From a virus (lineage: Duplodnaviria > Caudoviricetes): a stretch of 64,000 bases of DNA. The notes under the pieces were generated by a model, which had not been told where the DNA came from, did not search any database, and was given only the letters and a program-made list of their open reading frames with translations. Location of the stretch: IMG/VR virus record IMGVR_UViG_3300021425_002620; one strand, written 5' to 3'. Shown here one piece after another: positions 57,624 to 64,000 of the stretch; within the stretch, counting starts at the first letter, position 1, and each line of letters starts with the position of its first letter. The position numbers and the translations under genes were made by a program.

Positions 57624-57652
57624 ATTATAGTTGACTTTCATCTAAATGTCAA
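57624..57652 (-). promoter_or_regulatory. sigma70 promoter directly upstream of tRNA-Arg
   Basis: TTGACA-17nt-TATAAT; contains palindrome GTTGAC-12nt-GTCAAC (57630-57653). Confidence 0.8.
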
Positions 57653-57655
57653 CCA

Positions 57656-57729
57656 TGGAGTGAGAGGTGAGAATCGAACTCACATACAAGGATTTGCAAT
57701 CCTCTGCGTAACCATTCCGCCACTCTCAC
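57656..57729 (-). tRNA. tRNA-Cys(GCA)
   Basis: Cloverleaf; GAGGA-TT GCA AA-TCCTT; U73; encoded CCA. Confidence 0.95.
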
Positions 57730-57734
57730 ATAAT

Positions 57735-57811
57735 TGGTCGGGGATGCAGGATTCGAACCTGCGACCTTTCCGCCCCAAACGGAACGCACTCCCAGACTGT
57801 GCTAATCCCCG
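57735..57811 (-). tRNA. tRNA-Pro(TGG)
   Basis: Cloverleaf; TTCCG-TT TGG GG-CGGAA; C1-G72; encoded CCA. Confidence 0.95.
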
Positions 57812-57885
57812 TGGCATAGGTGGAGGGAGTCGAACCCCCGCTTGCAGTTTTGGAGACTGCCGTGCTACCATAACACTTCACCCAT
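57812..57885 (-). tRNA. tRNA-Trp(CCA)
   Basis: Cloverleaf; GCAGT-CT CCA AA-ACTGC; A1-U72, G73; encoded CCA; no spacer to tRNA-Pro. Confidence 0.92.
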
Positions 57886-57917
57886 AAAAAAAGCCCCTTG
57901 CTTTCGCTTGGGGCTTT
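57886..57917 (-). terminator. intrinsic terminator (attenuator 3:4 hairpin)
   Basis: AAAGCCCC-AAGCGAAAGCAA-GGGGC followed by U7, ending at nucleotide 1 of tRNA-Trp. Confidence 0.85.
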
Positions 57918-57938
57918 CTCACGTACTCAAATATCACG

Positions 57939-58001
57939 TCAAGACAAGCCCCTACCTCTTGGCGGGCACCAACGAAAATTTGTTGTAACTGTCTTGAACA
58001 T
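57939..58001 (-). CDS. attenuator leader peptide MFKTVTTNFRWCPPRGRGLS
   Basis: 20 codons, AAGGA SD 7 nt upstream; codons 10-14 CGT TGG TGC CCG CCA match the four downstream tRNAs; 3' part carries the antiterminator strand. Confidence 0.8.
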   Translation of the reverse strand: MFKTVTTNFRWCPPRGRGLS

Positions 58002-58030
58002 GTAAGTATCCTTTTGTTTAGTATGTTACT

Positions 58031-58059
58031 ACTATAGTATCAGTATTTAGCTTTGTCAA
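58031..58059 (-). promoter_or_regulatory. sigma70 promoter of the leader/tRNA operon
   Basis: TTGACA-17nt-TATAGT; predicted +1 near 58024; CTAAATA also in the spacer. Confidence 0.8.
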
Positions 58060-58067
58060 CCATTATT

Positions 58068-58196
58068 TTAAGATGCAGCGTAAATTATAAATACCGGTAG
58101 CATTAAAATTAGTGCTGGAACTGCCGTTGCCGATATTGCCTCACAAATTTCGCAAACTGATCGATTATTTTTTAATCTAATTATCAAGTCCGTCAT
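58068..58196 (-). CDS. small membrane protein
   Basis: 42 aa MTDLIIRLKNNRSVCEICE..., AGGAG SD, C-terminal TM. Confidence 0.5.
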   Translation of the reverse strand: MTDLIIRLKNNRSVCEICEAISATAVPALILMLPVFIIYAAS

Positions 58197-58338
58197 TAGT
58201 TTTGTTTTCTCCTGTATGTCTGTGTTGTCGTTCGGCTTCTCTCATTGCTAGAACATATCTTAGATCATGCATAGGAGCATATTTTAGGTAAACAAAAGAA
58301 ACAATTATACAAGCAATAAAAATTAAGAATTCTATCAT
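58177..58338 (-). CDS. small membrane protein
   Basis: 53 aa MIEFLIFIACII..., ATGA-coupled, GAGGAGG SD. Confidence 0.55.
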   Translation of the reverse strand: MIEFLIFIACIIVSFVYLKYAPMHDLRYVLAMREAERQHRHTGENKTNDGLDN

Positions 58339-58448
58339 TCCTCCTCCTCATCCTGCATTGGTTGTTTCCTCCATTGCCAACCTGTATTCCAAGGTAGTAT
58401 CCAATAATGAAAAAACCATTCTGCCCAACTTTTTTTCTGTGTTATCAT
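58335..58448 (-). CDS. Trp-rich micro-protein
   Basis: 37 aa MITQKKSWAEWFFHYWILPWNTGWQWRKQPMQDEEEE; ATGA-coupled on both sides. Confidence 0.55.
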   Translation of the reverse strand: MITQKKSWAEWFFHYWILPWNTGWQWRKQPMQDEEEE

Positions 58449-58552
58449 AGTGGATTTACTCCGTATAAAGTCATCAAAAAAATACTCACTAGAAATCCTA
58501 CTTCAATACGATCTCGTAGTGTACTTTCGTCTAACAGTTTTTTTGATTTCAT
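58445..58552 (-). CDS. small hypothetical protein
   Basis: 35 aa MKSKKLLDESTLRDRIEVGFLVSIFLMTLYGVNPL; GATAAATA at 58605-58612. Confidence 0.45.
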   Translation of the reverse strand: MKSKKLLDESTLRDRIEVGFLVSIFLMTLYGVNPL

Positions 58553-58646
58553 TTATAATTAGTAGTTATAATATATTATAATCATATATTATGTTTTTCA
58601 CGCTTATTTATCATTTAGAATAAAAAAACAGTAGAAAACTGGTAGT

Positions 58647-58925
58647 TTAAATATTATCAGGCGGAGCATAGGTTTCAGCAAGAGGTTTGTAACTTGCAGG
58701 ATATTTAGACAACGTTAATTGTTCACCGTCCCAAATGCACCAAATTGAAGGACGCACACCTACTTTAAATTCATGTACTTCGTAATCTCCTAAGAGAGAC
58801 TCAGGAAGTATATTGCCTTTGCGATCTCGCATTGGCCCTGTTCCACTAATGTATGTAACCTGGGCACTACCCCATCTATTCCACGCTTCATCAACTAGAT
58901 CAAAGCAGTCTGTCATGTGTTCCAT
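58647..58925 (-). CDS. hypothetical protein
   Basis: 92-aa ORF with AAGGA SD right after tRNA-Ala. Confidence 0.6.
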   Translation of the reverse strand: MEHMTDCFDLVDEAWNRWGSAQVTYISGTGPMRDRKGNILPESLLGDYEVHEFKVGVRPSIWCIWDGEQLTLSKYPASYKPLAETYAPPDNI

Positions 58926-58939
58926 ACTATTTCCTTATT

Positions 58940-59015
58940 TGGTGGAGCCGACAGGGGTCGAACCTGCGACCTTCTGGATGCAAACCAGACGCTCTCCCAA
59001 CTGAGCTACGGCCCC
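58940..59015 (-). tRNA. tRNA-Ala(TGC)
   Basis: Cloverleaf; TCTGG-TT TGC AT-CCAGA; G3.U70; encoded CCA. Confidence 0.95.
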
Positions 59016-59021
59016 TTAAAC

Positions 59022-59097
59022 TGGTGCCGGATGCAAGAGTCGAACTCGCGACCTTCTCATTACAAGTGAGCTGCTCTACCAACTGAGCTAATCCGGC
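59022..59097 (-). tRNA. tRNA-Thr(TGT)
   Basis: Cloverleaf; loop CT TGT AA; encoded CCA. Confidence 0.93.
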
Positions 59098-59098
59098 T

Positions 59099-59173
59099 TT
59101 ATCTTTTTACTCTACAATTAGGACAAAAGTCATTGTATCCTAACTCTGTCTTACATTCTGGACAAGTATTCAT
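59099..59173 (-). CDS. zinc-ribbon micro-protein
   Basis: 24 aa MNTCPECKTELGYNDFCPNCRVKR, AGGA SD, two CxxC. Confidence 0.6.
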   Translation of the reverse strand: MNTCPECKTELGYNDFCPNCRVKR

Positions 59174-59193
59174 ATTTTACTTATCCTAGTTTT

Positions 59194-59283
59194 TGGCGGA
59201 GAGTGAGGGATTCGAACCCTCGATACGCTTTCACGTATGCACCCTTAGCAGGGGTGTGCTTTCGACCACTCAGCCAACTCTCC
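59194..59283 (-). tRNA. tRNA-Ser(GCT)
   Basis: Cloverleaf with long variable arm; CACCC-CT GCT AA-GGGTG; encoded CCA. Confidence 0.95.
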
Positions 59284-59344
59284 AATTACACTCCTAGTTT
59301 ATCAGTCTAGTGCAAGTTGCTATGCTTCCTGCTGAGTGTAAAAT

Positions 59345-59420
<76 letters not shown>

Positions 59421-59443
59421 ATACTCTTTACTTACCTACTTGT

Positions 59444-59836
59444 TTAATTTTTATCAAACAAATCGGCTGTAGTCATTAGAGGCTGTTCTTCCTCTCTTAG
59501 GTCATCGTCATCATATGTTTTCTTCATGATATCACTGGCCATAATTTTTACATCTTTACCAGCAAGACGATATTCCATTTCTTTGCGAAGTACCTTTTCA
59601 ACTGATCCTGGTCCTTCCCAAATTTCATTTAATGCTTCGTTAATTTTTTCAATTTTAACTCGGCTAAGTCGAATAACACCAAAATGGTGTTGCAAGAAGC
59701 CTTTGAATACTTCTGGAATTCTGCTATGTTCTGTTATAGCAAATGTTCCGTCAAATCCATTTACATAATAAGGCTTGTCAATATCCTTGGCATAGAATGC
59801 TATTCTATCTTCCATGATACCTTGTATATCTAACAT
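59444..59836 (-). CDS. hypothetical protein
   Basis: 130-aa ORF with AGGAG SD. Confidence 0.7.
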   Translation of the reverse strand: MLDIQGIMEDRIAFYAKDIDKPYYVNGFDGTFAITEHSRIPEVFKGFLQHHFGVIRLSRVKIEKINEALNEIWEGPGSVEKVLRKEMEYRLAGKDVKIMASDIMKKTYDDDDLREEEQPLMTTADLFDKN

Positions 59837-59844
59837 AAGTTCTC

Positions 59845-60012
59845 CTATACATCTATTATTAATGTTGCAAAAAATAGCAGTCCTACAACTGCCCCTAAAA
59901 AACCTAAAATTAAAAGAAATCCGAAAAGCATAAAATTAAAAATAGTAGGCTTAGGTGGGTCTTCTGGTAAACTACCTACACCTATTAATGCTTTTAGTAC
60001 TTCTTTGATCAT
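59845..60012 (-). CDS. small membrane protein
   Basis: 55 aa MIKEVLKALIGVG...FGFLLILGFLGAVVGLLFF. Confidence 0.55.
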   Translation of the reverse strand: MIKEVLKALIGVGSLPEDPPKPTIFNFMLFGFLLILGFLGAVVGLLFFATLIIDV

Positions 60013-60245
60013 ACTTTCAAAATATGGTCACTATAATAAGTGTCCATTAACCTTTGTAACTCTTGTGACTTTGCATCTTTGCCTAGGTCTTGTTCAACAG
60101 TTTCTAAGTAATCGTACATGTCTTGACCGTTAAGTAAACGATGTTCAACCCATTGTTGCATATCATCTAGAATTAAATGTTCTAAAATTTGTCCTTCATC
60201 CATCACTCTGCCTTCCCATAATTTGATGGATAATTTTTTCTGCAT
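60009..60245 (-). CDS. hypothetical protein
   Basis: Track ORF; the real start may be the internal MDEGQ. Confidence 0.5.
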   Translation of the reverse strand: MQKKLSIKLWEGRVMDEGQILEHLILDDMQQWVEHRLLNGQDMYDYLETVEQDLGKDAKSQELQRLMDTYYSDHILKV

Positions 60246-60399
60246 CAGGATACGATGTCATAGATTGGATTTGCTCTTCAAGAAAATCCATACGTGCAAT
60301 TTCATTCATTACATTGATTTGTTTAATGGGGTCTGGCCAAGTGTAGCCGTAATAAGGTTGTGTCCAACTAAAACTATAACTAAAATCTTCAGGATTCAT
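60196..60399 (-). CDS. hypothetical protein
   Basis: 67-aa ORF in co-oriented run. Confidence 0.55.
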   Translation of the reverse strand: MNPEDFSYSFSWTQPYYGYTWPDPIKQINVMNEIARMDFLEEQIQSMTSYPDAEKIIHQIMGRQSDG

Positions 60400-60727
60400 T
60401 TTGCTCGTCCTCTATAATTCTTATTGACTTTAAACGATCGTATCGAAAACTTCTAAAGCCTTTTGCATCTATTACCCATACTGCAACTACTTCTTCGTTT
60501 AGTTCTCGAACTTTCTTTTGGGTAATAGGATCATCTTTTTTGGCAGGAGGTAAGTATGACTCTTGTAGTGTACAAGGCATAACTCTTTCATCACCGTTTA
60601 ATTTAGTAAAAGTAACTTCTACTATATTTTCTTTAAGTAATGCTACTAGTTCTTCTCTAGTAGGAATACCTTTTTTATCTGCAACAAACTCTTTTAGTTT
60701 GTCGGCATGCCAAATCGCTGCACTCAT
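60389..60727 (-). CDS. WYL_2/SH3-like beta-barrel phage protein
   Basis: VEVTFTKLNGDERVM.CTL...VW.ID.KGFRSFR. Confidence 0.7.
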   Translation of the reverse strand: MSAAIWHADKLKEFVADKKGIPTREELVALLKENIVEVTFTKLNGDERVMPCTLQESYLPPAKKDDPITQKKVRELNEEVVAVWVIDAKGFRSFRYDRLKSIRIIEDEQNES

Positions 60728-60888
60728 AGTTCTTCTAAAATGCCTAGTACTTCAGCGGCTGCAAAAAAGATTACAAACCAACCAATTGCGTTAGTAGCAA
60801 AGGCTGCGCCGCAACCTGCTAGTCGAAGGCCGCTTTTAGCCATGCTCATATAAAAATGCTTTTTGCTTACGTCTACTGGTTCTACCAT
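60724..60888 (-). CDS. small membrane protein
   Basis: 54 aa [25 protein letters not shown]...AEVLGILEEL; overlaps the clpP stop. Confidence 0.6.
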   Translation of the reverse strand: MVEPVDVSKKHFYMSMAKSGLRLAGCGAAFATNAIGWFVIFFAAAEVLGILEEL

Positions 60889-61505
60889 TATCTATTCTCC
60901 ACTACTTTATCAGCAAAGCCGTTTTCTACTGCTTCGTCTGCTGTTAGGAATGTATCAAACTTCATTGTTTCAAACAATTCCTCATATGTTTTGCCTGCAG
61001 AGTTGTGTTTTACATATAGCTCTGTCAGACGCTTGTTAACTTTCTGTGACTCTTCGTAGTGACGTTTGATATCTTCCATTTGCAGTTCTTGAATATGAAC
61101 ACTACCGCTTGTACCAGGAGTGCCTGAACTTACACGGTGAATCATTGTACGGCTTTCAGGTAATACAACTCGTTTACCTTCTGTACCTGCTTGTGCTAAG
61201 AAACTGCCCATTGAACATGCTTGACCCATTACAATAGTGCGTACATCACATTTAATAAACTGCATGGTATCATAAATTGCTAGTCCTGCTGTTACAGCAC
61301 CGCCTGGTGAATTAATATACAAATTAATATCTTTATCAGGGTTTTCACTTTCTAAAAATAACATTTGTGCTACAATTAGATTTGCCATATTATCCTCAAC
61401 AGGACCATTTAGCATAATAATACGATCTTTCAGCAATCGACTGTAAATATCGTATGAACGTTCTCCTCGAGCTTCTTGCTCAACTACCATAGGTATAAGT
61501 GGCAT
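60888..61505 (-). CDS. clpP: ATP-dependent Clp protease proteolytic subunit
   Basis: [28 protein letters not shown] (Ser), SRTMIH (His), [13 protein letters not shown]. Confidence 0.95.
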   Translation of the reverse strand: MPLIPMVVEQEARGERSYDIYSRLLKDRIIMLNGPVEDNMANLIVAQMLFLESENPDKDINLYINSPGGAVTAGLAIYDTMQFIKCDVRTIVMGQACSMGSFLAQAGTEGKRVVLPESRTMIHRVSSGTPGTSGSVHIQELQMEDIKRHYEESQKVNKRLTELYVKHNSAGKTYEELFETMKFDTFLTADEAVENGFADKVVENR

Positions 61506-61741
61506 TAGTATCTCCCCTTTGTATTAACTGATCTAATAACTTTAGGACCAGTAGTTGTTAATTCCATTCCATGTATGCTACCAACATAAATTCGGCCAGT
61601 CCATTTCATATGAATCTTTTCCCCGGCAACGAATGCGTTAAGCGATACGTTTTCTTTTAAGTCTGCTACTTCAGCTTCTATTGTAACATCAGTACGAGTG
61701 TTTGTCAACTGTGCTGTAGTACTGTAAATATCTTGTCTCAT
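61505..61741 (-). CDS. hypothetical protein
   Basis: 78-aa coupled ORF. Confidence 0.65.
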   Translation of the reverse strand: MRQDIYSTTAQLTNTRTDVTIEAEVADLKENVSLNAFVAGEKIHMKWTGRIYVGSIHGMELTTTGPKVIRSVNTKGRY

Positions 61742-62010
61742 TTTTTTCCTAACAATTTTAAATTTAATACGAAGTTCTCAACTAATAGTTTAACAATAAT
61801 TGCGCCATCTGTCAAGTGATTTCTTTCCATTTGTAGCACATGTGTTGCCATCATTATGTAGGCTTGTTCTTCTGTTATCGCAAGTTCGCCCCAGTCAATT
61901 GGATCGACACCCTCGCATTCTTTTGCAAGTATAACAAGATTTCGGATTGCTTCGTCGTCTACATCAAACATATTTTGATGATTTTCTGCATCTTCTCTAA
62001 GTGTACTCAT
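61738..62010 (-). CDS. hypothetical protein
   Basis: 90-aa coupled ORF. Confidence 0.65.
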   Translation of the reverse strand: MSTLREDAENHQNMFDVDDEAIRNLVILAKECEGVDPIDWGELAITEEQAYIMMATHVLQMERNHLTDGAIIVKLLVENFVLNLKLLGKK

Positions 62011-62324
62011 CGTTTAAATAACTCCCAGAATCTTCCAAGTAATATTAGTGCGCCTCCAAAAGCAAACCATCCAAAGACAGCACCAAATCCATCATAATAC
62101 CAAATAAATGGCATTGCACCTATCCATACTGCTTTAGCAGTATAACTTTTCCAGTTCCATAACACATAAAGCAAGCCATCGAAACTCCATAGTTTTTCAG
62201 GTTTTTCTGGTCCAAAGTCTAATTTAGCATCTCCATATTGGTTTTTAAACCAACCTAAACGCCAAAATATCAAGCAAGGTAAACCTATGACAAGTAGTAT
62301 TCCTAGTACTTCGTGTAACTCCAT
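62007..62324 (-). CDS. membrane protein
   Basis: 105 aa with several TM helices. Confidence 0.65.
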   Translation of the reverse strand: MELHEVLGILLVIGLPCLIFWRLGWFKNQYGDAKLDFGPEKPEKLWSFDGLLYVLWNWKSYTAKAVWIGAMPFIWYYDGFGAVFGWFAFGGALILLGRFWELFKR

Positions 62325-62764
62325 TATACTACATAACTCTGTACTAAGTTCATTGCAACTGCTGTACCGCTGATACTCGAGCCAATCATAATAGCTCTGT
62401 CACTCCATACCATGCCAACAAACACCCAGCACATGCTGGATACGAGATATGCTATTTGACCGTACTGTGTAAAGCCTGCGCTAATTGTAAATACACCTGC
62501 TACAGCGAGTATAGTAGCGATCCACTTTACATACCAGTCTGGTGTACCAGTAGGAGTAGTAGGCGTTAAGTCTTCTACTTCTGTTTGCAGTTCAGCAAGT
62601 TCCGCTTTCAGTCGCTTTCGTTCTTTAGACAATTCCATCGCAAGGTTGCGAGCTCTTGTCTGCGAAGAGATCTCTTTGTATTCTTCTTGCGTTGTTTTGT
62701 CGTCTAATTCCAATTCTTCAATCCCAGAGGTTTTCATAATATTTTCCAAATAGTCGGAACCCAT
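62324..62764 (-). CDS. coiled-coil plus membrane protein
   Basis: N-terminal coiled coil, three C-terminal TM helices. Confidence 0.65.
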   Translation of the reverse strand: MGSDYLENIMKTSGIEELELDDKTTQEEYKEISSQTRARNLAMELSKERKRLKAELAELQTEVEDLTPTTPTGTPDWYVKWIATILAVAGVFTISAGFTQYGQIAYLVSSMCWVFVGMVWSDRAIMIGSSISGTAVAMNLVQSYVV

Positions 62765-63371
62765 TACTTATTCTTTCTTGATATTTCTTTCTACCTTCCC
62801 AATCATACTCTCTAGTATGCTTAGGTCCATTTACCATTTCGTAGTTACCATCTTCCAGTTTCTTCCACTGTAGATCGCTTTCACCTGACTCGAACTGTTC
62901 TTCCCAGCGTCCATCATCTACTTTAGTTTCAAACGCAAAGATCATTTCGTCTAACACCCAATCCCAACGTTCAAAGTGTGTGCTGTCAGTTTCGTGATTG
63001 TCTTTCTGTTTCTTAGTCTGCTTCTTAGGCTGTAGCTCTTTAGGCACATCCTTAGGATCAACAAATGGAGCACCGTGCTTGGTTTCTTTTAGTTGTTTGA
63101 GCATGGGAAGCACAATAAGGGCAAGAGTATGATCCATACTCCACGTATCCCAGCGGTCTATGCGTACTTTTACTGTCTGTGTGCGTCTGTCAAACCAAAT
63201 CCAGTTGAACACATTGTAAAAGTCTTGTACACGATCCTCCAGCCATTCAAGACTGCGTTCGAATCGTGTTTGTTCTGTGGGCCAATCCACGTAGCCATAT
63301 TTACGATCCATATAACGAGTATGGAATCGAGACATAAGTCTGTTAGGATAATTAGAAATTTTAACCTTCAT
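62718..63371 (-). CDS. conserved phage hypothetical protein
   Basis: RIDRWDTWSMDHTLA, WDWVLDEMIFAF, GFRLFGKYYENLWD. Confidence 0.75.
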   Translation of the reverse strand: MKVKISNYPNRLMSRFHTRYMDRKYGYVDWPTEQTRFERSLEWLEDRVQDFYNVFNWIWFDRRTQTVKVRIDRWDTWSMDHTLALIVLPMLKQLKETKHGAPFVDPKDVPKELQPKKQTKKQKDNHETDSTHFERWDWVLDEMIFAFETKVDDGRWEEQFESGESDLQWKKLEDGNYEMVNGPKHTREYDWEGRKKYQERISNGFRLFGKYYENLWD

Positions 63372-63564
63372 AATAATCTACCACCATTACCATCTCTGGC
63401 CTGTCAGGATGTTGAAATGTTTTTGCAAACTCCATTGCTTCTTCTGCATCTTCAAACAGTTCAGGTTGCAAGTCCCAACAGTGCTCTGTTTGTTTAGTAA
63501 CATAAATCCAATCGTCCTTGCCGTCAAGACATACCATCACTGCGTACATGCTTCTTCTCCTCAT
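63361..63564 (-). CDS. hypothetical protein
   Basis: 67-aa ORF in co-oriented run. Confidence 0.55.
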   Translation of the reverse strand: MRRRSMYAVMVCLDGKDDWIYVTKQTEHCWDLQPELFEDAEEAMEFAKTFQHPDRPEMVMVVDYYEG

Positions 63565-63796
63565 AATCGTGCATTAACATTGTCAGTTCGTCTACAGGTG
63601 TAGTTGTGCTTAATATTTCAGGACACTTCGTTGCCAAGTAGTCTAGGTTATAGCCACCTGGATAATGTCGTAAACAATAGTATGCCTGTTGTCTAATAGC
63701 CTTAGGCACACGAGGCGTTTTCTTAGGATCTAGTAGATCAACAAGAAACTGTTCAGTTCTTTGTAGAGCATGATATCGTTCGCAAGGTAGTGTCAT
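63524..63796 (-). CDS. hypothetical protein
   Basis: Start re-called to MTLPCERY (ATGA overlap). Confidence 0.65.
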   Translation of the reverse strand: MTLPCERYHALQRTEQFLVDLLDPKKTPRVPKAIRQQAYYCLRHYPGGYNLDYLATKCPEILSTTTPVDELTMLMHDYEEKKHVRSDGMS

Positions 63797-63999
63797 GATA
63801 AATCCGTGATTAGCAAATAGTTTTCCCATGCTTTTTGTTGCGCAGGAGTATGATCTTCTTGTGGTACAACACACTCTAACCAGTGATATGGCATTCTTGG
63901 AGGATGAGCACCAAACTGACGAGGCTGATGTAACTTACCTGTTTTGTATAGTTCCATTAGGATATCGTGCATTTCTCGTTCTCTATCTTCTAGGCCTGA
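63793..63999 (-). CDS. hypothetical protein, C-terminal part (5' end outside window)
   Basis: Open frame ...SGLEDREREMHDILMELYK...PRQFGAHPPR... Confidence 0.55.
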   Translation of the reverse strand, partial: SGLEDREREMHDILMELYKTGKLHQPRQFGAHPPRMPYHWLECVVPQEDHTPAQQKAWENYLLITDLS

Positions 64000-64000
64000 C

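Noticed and set aside
57660-57887. Track ORFs 57660-57887 (+) and 57680-57871 (-)
   Set aside because: They are chance readings of tRNA-Cys, Pro and Trp.
58813-59004. Track ORF overlapping tRNA-Ala
   Set aside because: Antisense to a CDS and a tRNA; no SD or recognisable motif.
59421-59443. A second attenuator ahead of the Asn-Ser-Thr-Ala tRNA cluster
   Set aside because: The 23-nt gap after the upstream CDS has no leader ORF, terminator hairpin or promoter.

Overview
A 64 kb AT-rich segment of a large T4-like (myovirus-type) phage genome, almost entirely coding and mostly on the minus strand. The host is Gram-negative (spanin pair); the FdxA-type ferredoxin hints at a proteobacterium, which is inference. 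From left to right: a truncated ClpA-like start and DnaJ; a lysis cluster; PhoH; nucleotide metabolism genes (dCMP deaminase, ThyA, DHFR, HAD nucleotidase, MazG-like); ferredoxin; clamp loader; GroES; a DnaE fragment; about 33 kb of baseplate, tail and large virion-protein genes; HesB; UvsE; a glycosyltransferase/QueD cluster; DNA ligase; eight CCA-encoding tRNAs in two clusters; ClpP; and many small ORFs. Consensus sigma70 promoters and a recurrent GATAAATA late-promoter-like motif are readable directly. Top finding: a phage tRNA operon (Trp, Pro, Cys, Arg) preceded by what looks like a ribosome-mediated transcription attenuator. The layout is promoter, a 20-aa leader peptide MFKTVTTNFRWCPPRGRGLS whose central codons (CGT TGG TGC CCG CCA) are read by exactly those four tRNAs, alternative 1:2 / 2:3 / 3:4 helices, and a U7 terminator abutting tRNA-Trp. 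This would be a feedback sensor of tRNA availability. Second finding: a 1920-aa putative virion protein with six phycobiliprotein-like K/R-C-x-R-D repeats that keep the bilin-attachment cysteine pattern, next to a leucine-rich-repeat tail-region protein. All protein family calls come from motif recognition by eye; no database searches were run.
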